Made by a program: the position numbers and the translations under genes
Assembly: GCA_030605795.1 (NCBI GenBank)
Contig: JAUWHR010000005.1
Span: 338-64,337 of the forward strand
Length of the DNA stretch: 64,000 nucleotides
From: Anaerolineae bacterium
Lineage (GTDB): Bacteria > Chloroflexota > Anaerolineae > Anaerolineales > E44-bin32
Reading direction: 5' to 3'
Notes under the pieces: generated by a model
What the model saw: the letters and a program-made list of their open reading frames with translations, nothing else
Database searches by the model: none
Told to the model about the DNA's origin: nothing
In this document: positions 29,769 through 38,185 of the stretch, in pieces
Layout of the letters: each line of letters begins with the position of its first letter
Numbering within the stretch: position 1 is the first letter of the stretch

Positions 29769-30812
29769 ATGTCAACAGAATATTCGCTTGGTGATTACAA
29801 ATTCAACCTGAAAGCTTTCTTCCCCGCTCGCATCTTTGAGATGATCACCGACATCCGAGTGGATAAGCCAGAGATCATCGAACAGCAAGCGCTGACCCGC
29901 AAACGTCGTCCGCGCCTGACGCGGGATGGCAAGCTCACCATTCTGGCGGCCGATCACCCCGCTCGTGGGGTCACTGTTATTGGAGACGACCCGTTCAAGA
30001 TGGGAAACCGTCACCAATACCTGGGGCGCATCCTGCGGGTGCTGATCGCCACCGATTTTGATGGTTTCATGAGCACAGCTGACATGATCGAGGACTTGAT
30101 CATTGTGGATTACCTGGTGCAAAAAGGTGGCGGACCTTCCTTCCTGGATGAAAAGGTGCTGATTGGCTGTATGCAGCGCGGAGGTGTCGCCGGAGTGGTC
30201 GGCGAACTAGACGATCGCTTCGGTTCGTATTCCGCCGAATCCATCGCCCGCTTCCGGCTGGATGGCGGCAAAATGATGTTCCGTTTTGTCCCCGACGACG
30301 AGCGCACACTGTGGCAGATTGACTACTGCTCTAAAGCCATCACCGACCTTTATCGTTATAACCTAGTACCCTTCGTTGAGCCGCTGCGCATGGATTACGT
30401 GGACGGCAAATGGGTCAGCAAGAACACAGCTGACGAGCTGGTCAAGCTGGTCGGAGTGATCGGCGGCATGGGCGATTCGTCACGCTGCACATGGATGAAA
30501 CTCCCCTACTGCCAGGATTTCCACCGGGTCACAATGGCGACAACCCAGCCCATCCTCATGTTGGGTGGGCCTTCCAAGGAGGATCCACGACATACTTATC
30601 GAGACTTTGCTGCCGGCATGGCAACCCGCAACAACGTGCGCGGCGCGCTAGTAGGTCGCAACGTCTCTTTCCCCGGATTTGATGACCCGGCTGCCATAGC
30701 CCAAGCAATCAACGAGATTGTCCACCGGGGGATTTCCGCCGACGAAGCCATTGAGGTAACATTAGGTCACCGGGATAAGAAAATAGATTTCCTGACAAGT
30801 TACATAACATAA
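29769..30812 (+). CDS. Class-I-aldolase-like (beta/alpha)8 protein (Cgl0159/DeoC-LacD-like family)
   Basis: 347 aa. LTILAADHPARG, CMQRGGVAG, ELDDRFGSY, DGGKMMFRF, FVEPL and WMKLPY match my recollection of the Cgl0159-family TIM-barrel pattern. Confidence 0.6.
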   Translation: MSTEYSLGDYKFNLKAFFPARIFEMITDIRVDKPEIIEQQALTRKRRPRLTRDGKLTILAADHPARGVTVIGDDPFKMGNRHQYLGRILRVLIATDFDGFMSTADMIEDLIIVDYLVQKGGGPSFLDEKVLIGCMQRGGVAGVVGELDDRFGSYSAESIARFRLDGGKMMFRFVPDDERTLWQIDYCSKAITDLYRYNLVPFVEPLRMDYVDGKWVSKNTADELVKLVGVIGGMGDSSRCTWMKLPYCQDFHRVTMATTQPILMLGGPSKEDPRHTYRDFAAGMATRNNVRGALVGRNVSFPGFDDPAAIAQAINEIVHRGISADEAIEVTLGHRDKKIDFLTSYIT

Positions 30813-30823
30813 AAGTAGAATGT

Positions 30824-30835
30824 GCGTATTGCGTA
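30824..30835. promoter_or_regulatory. Fourth copy of the TATTGCGT motif, upstream of the GH4 gene
   Basis: GCGTATTGCGTA at 30824-30835, in the 109-nt gap before 30922. Confidence 0.35.
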
Positions 30836-30921
30836 TCTCGAGCTTTACTCAATAAGAAAGGTGGAACTTAAACTAGCGACGAAATCCCGGCGATAAACCT
30901 CACAAACAATCGAGGTGAACA

Positions 30922-32313
30922 ATGGTAAGAACGCCCAAAATCGTCTGTATCGGCGCAGGGAGCGCTATATTCGGCCTGAGCAATATGGCCAGCATCGTTC
31001 GCAGCCCACGGTTGCGCGGCTCGGAATTAGTGCTAGTAGACATTGATGAAGCTGGTCTAAAAACGATGACCAGACTTGCCCAGATAATGAACGAGTCCTG
31101 GGACGCAGAAATGACAATTTCCGGCACGACCGAACGCGAGGAGGCGCTTCCCAACGCCGACTTCGTCGTGGTCTCGGTGCAGGTAGGTCAGCGGGAAGAG
31201 GTATGGGAGTTGGATTGGAAGATTCCCCTCAAACACGGCGTGCGCCAGCCCTACGCTGAGAACTCAGGACCGGGGGCCTTTGCCCACACAGCTCGCAACG
31301 CTCCCCTGATCCTCGCCATCGCACAAGATATGGAACGGCTGTGCCCAGATTCTTGGTTCCTCAACTTCACCAACCCCTTGATCCGGTTGACCTGGGTTGT
31401 GCAGCGCTATACCAAGATCAAGGTCGTCGGGCTCTGTCACCAATTGTTTTGGGCATATGCGATGGCCGCGACGGTGCTGGCAGATCGCTGGGGGCTGCAA
31501 ATTCCTGAGGGTTTTCATGTCCACACCAACTATGACAACGAGGCGAACCTCATTCCGGTGATCCTTGAAGGCCATAAACATATGGACATCAAGGCAGCGG
31601 GGCTAAACCACTTTTCGTGGGTGTACGATATCCGCGACAAAGAGACCGGAGAGGATCTTTACCCGCACCTGCGCGAGAGATGGCTCCAACATTACCGGCG
31701 AGACTTCGAACCACTGACGCGCGAGATGTTCGAGATCTTCGGCTTGATGCCCACCGCGGGCGACGCGCATATGTGTGAGTATCTTCCCTGGACACACGAT
31801 CCCCTCACCAAGCCCTGGGAAAAGTACAACCTAACCTTGCAGAGCTGGGAAGGCAACCGACGACGCCGCGCCGACCGCATTGCAAAGGCAGAAGCCATCG
31901 TGGCCGGGGAGCAGCCGGTGGATCAACTGAAAGATGCCATCAGCGAGGGTGTGCCGGAGATTGTTGAGGCGATCACCTTCAACGACAACCGCTACTACCA
32001 CCAACTTAACCTTCCGAACAACGGCCTGATTCCCAACCTACCCGACGACGCCATCGTCGAGGTGCCGGGCGTGATCTCCGGCTTCGGCATCAAGGGGTTG
32101 GGGGTCCCGCCTCTACCGGAAGGAATCGCCGAGCTCTGCCGTCGCGAGCTGGCGCTCAGCTCGCTTGTCGTAGACGCCGTGGTTCATGGCGACCAAGAGT
32201 TGGCTTTGCAGGCCCTGATGCTTGACCCAATAATGAACGACATTGACCGAGCAAGAGCCATCCTGGATGACTTCCTGATGACTTTCGCCGAATACCTTCC
32301 GCAATTCGCATGA
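30922..32313 (+). CDS. GH4-like NAD(+)/metal-dependent glycoside hydrolase
   Basis: 463 aa. N-terminal Rossmann KIVCIGAGSAIFG, LVLVDID, FLNFTNP and VGLCHQ, as in family 4 glycosidases. Confidence 0.75.
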   Translation: MVRTPKIVCIGAGSAIFGLSNMASIVRSPRLRGSELVLVDIDEAGLKTMTRLAQIMNESWDAEMTISGTTEREEALPNADFVVVSVQVGQREEVWELDWKIPLKHGVRQPYAENSGPGAFAHTARNAPLILAIAQDMERLCPDSWFLNFTNPLIRLTWVVQRYTKIKVVGLCHQLFWAYAMAATVLADRWGLQIPEGFHVHTNYDNEANLIPVILEGHKHMDIKAAGLNHFSWVYDIRDKETGEDLYPHLRERWLQHYRRDFEPLTREMFEIFGLMPTAGDAHMCEYLPWTHDPLTKPWEKYNLTLQSWEGNRRRRADRIAKAEAIVAGEQPVDQLKDAISEGVPEIVEAITFNDNRYYHQLNLPNNGLIPNLPDDAIVEVPGVISGFGIKGLGVPPLPEGIAELCRRELALSSLVVDAVVHGDQELALQALMLDPIMNDIDRARAILDDFLMTFAEYLPQFA

Positions 32314-32319
32314 CCTTGA

Positions 32320-33597
32320 ATGGAGGTCGTGTTGGAGTTCCGCATTCCCTACGGTAAAAACCACTTGAGCTTCCTTCTCCCCGATGGTTTGGAAATCGAG
32401 GTGGTGGAACCAGCAGAGACTCCCGCGGTTCCTGATCCCCTCGGTGAGGTAGAAGCAGCGCTTGCAGTACCAGTGGGCAGCGTCGACCTGATGGCTTTCC
32501 GCGGTGCCCGTTCTGTCGCCATCGCCATAAACGATAAGACCAGGCCGGTCCCCAACCAGCATCTCCTACCGCCTATGCTGGCGCGTCTTGAGGATCTCGG
32601 GTTGACGCCGAAAGCAATCCGTTTTATTGTCGCTACCGGCGTTCATTCCACGATGTCGCCGGAGGAATTTTTTAGCGTCCTCCCAGAGGAAATCCTCACT
32701 CGATATCTTGTAGGCTGTCACGACGCCGACGATCGCGGGAACCTGGTGCATCTCGGCACAACTTCGCGCGGCACTCCAGTGTGGGTCAACCGGTCCTTCG
32801 TGGAGGCCGATCTGCGGATTGTCGTGGGTAACATCCAACCACACCAATTCCAGGGCTTCACTGGTGGGGTCAAGGGTGCCGCCATCGGGTTGGCTGGGCG
32901 CGAGACCATCAATCACAACCACGCCATGATGGTCGATCCTGGCGCACTATTGGGGCACTTCGCCAATAACCCGGCTAGGCAAGATGTGGAAGAGATCGGC
33001 CAAAGGATCGGGGTTCACTTCGCCTTGAATGCTGTTCTGAACCAGGATAAGGAGATCGCGGCTGTCTTCGCCGGGGAACCGCGCGCAGTGCTGTTGAGAG
33101 GCATCCCCGTGGTCCGCAGACTTAGCCAAGTGCCTGTCAGTGAACCTTTCGATCTCGTTATCGCTTCACCCGGGGGTCACCCTGAGGACATAAACCTGTA
33201 CCAGTCGCAAAAGGCACTGGCCCACGCGGCCTTGGTCACCAGAGATGGCGGCACGGTGATCTTGGTCGCGGCCTGTCCCGAGGGGGTGGGAAGTATGAGC
33301 TACGAGCGGTGGGTGGAGGGAATGACCTCCCACGAATCCGTCATCCAGCGGTTCAAGCAAGAGGGCTTCCGCGTGGGACCGCATAAGGCCTTCCAGATCG
33401 CCAGAGACGCTGCGCGGTTGCGCGTGCTGGTAGTCTCCCAGATGCGCGCCAACTTGGTGAGACGGCTGCTGTTGACGCCGGCAAGCAGCCTCGACGAGGC
33501 AATATCCCAGACTCTGGGCACTATTCGGCGAGAGGCGCGCGTGGGTGTAATGCCTCGGTCTAGCGCCACCATACCGACGCTGGAAAAGATAGCGTGA
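32320..33597 (+). CDS. LarA-family (nickel-pincer cofactor) 2-hydroxyacid racemase/epimerase homolog
   Basis: 425 aa. INDKTRPVP, ATGVHSTMSPEE, QPHQFQGFTGGVKG and INHNHAMM align by eye with L. plantarum LarA (SDHTRPVP, ATGFHRPST, ESHFFAGFSGGRKS, MANHS). Confidence 0.7.
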   Translation: MEVVLEFRIPYGKNHLSFLLPDGLEIEVVEPAETPAVPDPLGEVEAALAVPVGSVDLMAFRGARSVAIAINDKTRPVPNQHLLPPMLARLEDLGLTPKAIRFIVATGVHSTMSPEEFFSVLPEEILTRYLVGCHDADDRGNLVHLGTTSRGTPVWVNRSFVEADLRIVVGNIQPHQFQGFTGGVKGAAIGLAGRETINHNHAMMVDPGALLGHFANNPARQDVEEIGQRIGVHFALNAVLNQDKEIAAVFAGEPRAVLLRGIPVVRRLSQVPVSEPFDLVIASPGGHPEDINLYQSQKALAHAALVTRDGGTVILVAACPEGVGSMSYERWVEGMTSHESVIQRFKQEGFRVGPHKAFQIARDAARLRVLVVSQMRANLVRRLLLTPASSLDEAISQTLGTIRREARVGVMPRSSATIPTLEKIA

Positions 33598-33615
33598 AAC
33601 CAAGGAGCACTTCCA

Positions 33616-35127
33616 ATGGCGAAGTACATCGCTGCATTGGACCAAGGGACGACCAGCACCCGCCGTATTATTTTTGATCACGACGGGACGGTGGTCAGCG
33701 TCGCCCAGAAGGAACACAACCAGATCTATCCTCAACCTGGCTGGGTTGAGCACAACCCAATCGAGATTTGGGACCGGACGCAGGAAGTGATACGGGAAGC
33801 GACCGCAAAAGCGGACGTGCTACCTGGCGACATCGCCGCGGTGGGGATCACCAACCAGCGTGAAACAGCCGTCGTATAGAACAAGAATACTGGCCAACCC
33901 TATTTCAACGCAATCGTCTGGCAAGATACCCGTACCAAGAATATCTGCGATGAACTGGCAGCCGAGGGCGGCCAGGACCGGTTCCGCAGCAAGGTTGGCC
34001 TGCCTTTGATGGCATACTTCTCTGGCCCCAAGATTAAATGGATTCTTGACAACGTAGATGGGGTTCGTCAGGCGGCGGAGAGAGGGGAAGCTCTCTTTGG
34101 CAACATCGACACCTGGGAGATGTGGTGGCTGACGGGTGGGCCTGACGGCGGTGCCCACATCACGGATGTGACCAACGCCAGTAGAACGATATTGATGAAC
34201 CTGGAAAACCTGGATTGGGACGACGAAATCCTTGATACTCTGGGAGTTCCGCGTCAAATGCTGCCCCGTATCGTACCTTCCAGTGATCCAGACATCTGGG
34301 GAAACACGCCGAAGAATGGACCATTCGGAGATATAATCCCCGTCTGTGGGGATCTGGGTGATCAACAGGCTGCCTTGGTCGGCCAAACCTGCTTCAACCT
34401 AGGGGAGGCCAAGAACACCTATGGCACAGGTTGCTTCATGCTCCTCAACACTGGCACCTCCCCGGTGCCATCTAAAAGCGGCCTGCTGACCACCGTCGCC
34501 TATGGTATTGCCGATCAACCTACGGTCTACGCTCTTGAAGGCTCCATCGCCATCACCGGCGCGCTAGTCCAATGGCTGCGCGACAACCTGGGCTTGATCA
34601 GCAAGTCGGTCGAAATCGAGGACTTGGCCAGGACGGTGGAAGACAACGGGGGCATCTACTTAGTTCCGGCGTTCTCTGGACTTTTCGCCCCCTATTGGCG
34701 GTCGGACGCCCGTGGTGTCATCGTGGGGTTGACACGCTACGTCAACAAAGGCCACTTCGCGCGCGCTGCGCTCGAGGCCACAGCCTATCAGACACGTGAG
34801 GTGTTGGATGCGATGGAGAAAGATACCGGCGTAGCATAGAAGGCCCTAAAGGTTGATGGCGGTATGGTCTACAATGAGCTACTCATGCAGTTCCAGGCTG
34901 ACATACTGGGTGTCCCAGTCATTAGACCGGAGGTCGCTGAGACTACATCGTTGGGCGCCGCTTACTCAGCTGGGCTGGCTGTGGGTTTTTGGGACAACCT
35001 GGAAGACCTGCGGTCCAATTGGCAGGTTGGCAAGACCTGGGATCCGAAGATGGAGGAGGGGGAGCGTGAGCGGCTTTACCAAAGCTGGCTGAGGGCCGTC
35101 GCCCGCACCTTCGACTGGGTTGAGTAG
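33616..35127 (+). pseudogene. glpK: Glycerol kinase with two in-frame TAG codons
   Basis: [26 protein letters not shown] and [16 protein letters not shown]. One frame throughout. TAG 33877-33879 sits where GlpK has Trp (..ETxVW). TAG 34837-34839 is just before ..LKVDGG. Confidence 0.85.
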
Positions 35128-35434
35128 TTGCGAAAGATCTCAGTAATAACCATTTCCTTCGAGTATTCAGGGTCGTATGAGCAGCCTAACGTGCTCAATG
35201 GAGCGGACCCGAGATTCGGGCGAGTATGTACAAGACTTGAATACAATGCCGAGCTTAAAGGCGGGCTGCTCATCTCGTGGCGTTAGCCAGCGCCTCATGG
35301 TCGTCCGCAGAATGTTATTGACTTATGTATGTGCACACGTGTTTTGAGATAGTCAATTTACCTAACTGGAAGGTTTTACCGTCCTATACAAACAGACTTT
35401 TTGTGCTTTAGGATGGCTAACACAGGAACCGTCG

Positions 35435-35653
35435 ATGCTTGACAGGCTAAGGTGGTGGTTGAAAGACTGGTGGTATGACGCTTGGGGCGGAGGAGGATGC
35501 CTGAGCGACCTTACCTTGTGGGGTCTCATTCTTGGATCCTGCATAGTCGGATATTGGCTATATACCAACTTCGGTCTTGATATACCCGTCTTCATGGTCG
35601 TAATGCTTATCCTGGTTGGTATCGTCTTGCTTAGAGATCGGCTTGATCGTTGA
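35435..35653 (+). CDS. Possible small membrane protein
   Basis: 72 aa with two hydrophobic segments. No recognisable family. Confidence 0.25.
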   Translation: MLDRLRWWLKDWWYDAWGGGGCLSDLTLWGLILGSCIVGYWLYTNFGLDIPVFMVVMLILVGIVLLRDRLDR

Positions 35654-36148
35654 TGACCTTCAAGGTGTATTTTATATTTGATTGCTGATGAATAGACTTA
35701 ATTGGGAATCCAATAAGCCTAATAGCTAGGAGGAGATAATTACATCTGACGATCTGTTGTCCACAGATATTTGGGCACCAGCTACATATGAGTTAGAAAG
35801 TCAAGCTCTGATTTGAGATTCACTGTCAGTTTATTGAGTAGCCTCACTCGCCCGGCCCACCGCCGAGCTATTACTTGAGCGGAGGGATGTTGTCTCTTCT
35901 TCAGTTGCGCCTATCCCGTTTCAGTCCGCAGCTTGCAAATCGGGACGCAGCACCTTGGTAAGGGCATGCCCGGACTAAGCCGTCTGTAAGACCCAGGAAC
36001 ACCGGGAGGCGCCCCCAGCCTGACAAGCTGAACCAGCAAATCTCAACAGCGAGCCGCTGGCAACGCATCTTTCATATGAACATCCGCGACCTGCCATCCC
36101 CCTTTTTCCTCTTGACATAAGCCCTATAAATTGCTGTAAAATATATCG

Positions 36149-36233
36149 TAGATTCAACTCACAAGTGCAACCTTGACGGTTGGAATAAGAGGCCTAGATT
36201 CAACTCACAAGTGCAACATTGAACGTTGGAATA
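36149..36233 (+). repeat. Two tandem ~39-bp repeats, 46-bp period
   Basis: TAGATTCAACTCACAAGTGCAAC is identical at 36149 and 36195. Each copy is followed by a short hairpin-like CAAC(C)-n6-(C)GTTGGAATA. TTGACA is at 36112-36117 upstream. Confidence 0.7.
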
Positions 36234-36356
36234 TGAAGCGAGTAGTGGATATTGAGAAAGCAGGGTTCCACTTGCTATTCGCGCGGGGTTACAGATACCC
36301 GTAGGCTTTCCAACGCGCCAAGAGCTACATTTTGCATCCTACACAATAATAATACT

Positions 36357-37517
36357 CTATTCTCCGGATTGAACTACTTCCTCCCACTTCAGGATCTTCG
36401 TCACATTAGGCTCTGGAGCGTACACATCCTTCGTCGTCTATGCTCGAGCGTGTCCCAGGATTGACTGCACCTCATCGATCGACGCTCCCAAATCGATGAG
36501 CCGCTGGGCGTGCCAGTGCCGGAAAGCGTGCGTATAAAGAAACTGATCACGCTCGGGATCATATCCCGCCTTTTTCGCCAATTCCACAACGATCCTTCGA
36601 ACGGATCCTGGTCCAAGTCAAGCTCCGTAACCGCGACGCCGGCGGCGGTAGGCCTCGGCCGAGATATCCCTTTTTCTAGATGGTGCCCCGGTGCAGCCAT
36701 GCTGGATGAACAGCCAAGGTGAGGCATCGTTCCTTTCCTCTAAATATTCGTCAATTGCAGCCAGCACCGCTTTCCCTAGAACGATGTGTGCCGCAAGCCT
36801 CGTTTTTGCCATCTCGATTCGCAGGTACCCTCCAGTCTGCCAAGCTAGCCTAACATCTGTTCGGGTAAGCGTAGACACATTGCCAGCTCGCAGTGCAGTT
36901 GCCCTCAGGGTACGTATGATCGTCCGTGCCCGAAGAGTCTCCAAGCGGGCCTTCCGCCTTGCACGAGGATCCGAGATATCCTTCTCGGTCGGGAGGGGTA
37001 GGGCGCTTGCCACCTTGAGCATCCGATCTCCGAAGTCAGTTGGGATGTCACCACTGCGTACGTGTACGCGGCGACGCTCATCACGGGATCGTTGGATCTG
37101 AAGCGCTTTGCGGGCTTGTGTCTCCTCCTCTGGGGAAAACGTAAGCCACTCGCGATACCACCAGAAGCGCAGGAGTCTAGATAGTGCCTGCAGTTAGAGC
37201 CTTCGAGTGGAGATGATATATCCCTCCTGGAGCTCCTGGTCGCTCTCGTCGCCCTCTGGCCCGGGACCTGTGTGCGTCGCTGTCTGCATCCAGGCGTTGA
37301 AATCAGCAGAGACACTAGAAGGCAATGCATCGATCGCTGTGTTTGGGGTGAGTTCCTCATGATCCTCGATGAATCTGAGGAAGGCGCGCGCCCCAGAGCG
37401 ATAGGAAAGGCGTGTTCGTTTGCTACCTTCGCCAAAGTCGAAGTCACTGAAGAATGCATTGACAGACTGCTCGATTATGGGGTAGGTATTAGATTCTGAT
37501 TTGTATTGTTCATTCAT
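36357..37517 (-). pseudogene. Tyrosine recombinase broken by three in-frame stops
   Basis: Single frame across 1161 nt with TAA 37194-37196, TGA 36618-36620 and TAG 36438-36440. The C-terminus retains HAFRHWHAQRLIDLGASIDEVQSILGHA..TTKDVY (R-H-R-Y region). Confidence 0.8.
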
Positions 37518-37801
37518 CGTTATAAATTACCTGGATTGTTAGAATTCGTTAGAGAATGGGTATAGGCATTCGCTTTATTGGTCCAGAAGCTGCAATTGAT
37601 AATTTATAAATCTGTACTATAATATTTACAGACTCATCTACCACGCGTAGAAATAGATCATTCGCCGCTCATTAGGGCGGCGATTGCATTCTAATTCACT
37701 CTACGACTGAATTTCTTCCTGAGGTTCCTTCGTTTTGATTCTCCATCAATGTGAAATGCAGATACCAAGAAAACCACTTCTTTATTTCCAACCATTCTCT
37801 T

Positions 37802-38185
37802 TTAGATGATTACTACATAATCCCAGTCTTCTAACCACAGATAAGTTCTTATTCGTCGGTTAGATTCACGATAGTCCCAGGTCTTGACCACACTATCTTT
37901 AGAGTTGTTTATTATAGGGGCGCACCAAGTAAGCCGTTCAGCTCGCCTTGGATCGAAGAGTCTTTCATTTGTGTTGTAATCGAACAGCGTAATGATCTTC
38001 CAAAATCCTTCTTCATACTTACCGCCTTTTTCAATCCGTCGGTTCCAACATACAGGTCTTCCCTCGAACGCACACCCTTTCCTTACAAAATCCTCATTAA
38101 ATATCTCATACAACTTCTCAACCACTTTGTCCCAGTCACCGCCTACCGGAACAATCGGTGGCAACCAAGGAGGGGGAGTGGTCAT
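37802..38185 (-). CDS. Hypothetical protein
   Basis: 127-aa Trp-rich ORF overlapping the DUF3800 gene stop by 4 nt. No family recognised. Confidence 0.4.
   Translation of the reverse strand: MTTPPPWLPPIVPVGGDWDKVVEKLYEIFNEDFVRKGCAFEGRPVCWNRRIEKGGKYEEGFWKIITLFDYNTNERLFDPRRAERLTWCAPIINNSKDSVVKTWDYRESNRRIRTYLWLEDWDYVVII

Noticed and set aside
33877-34839. In-frame TAG codons in glpK as evidence for amber reassignment (pyrrolysine or another recoding).
   Set aside because: TAG terminates several intact genes here (for example at 2806, 7556, 18260, 20750 and 25258). Other decayed genes carry in-frame TAA and TGA as well, so a code change is not supported.
36149-36233. Possible CRISPR array.
   Set aside because: There are only two repeat copies, the spacers between them are a few nucleotides long and themselves partly repeated, and no cas genes are nearby.
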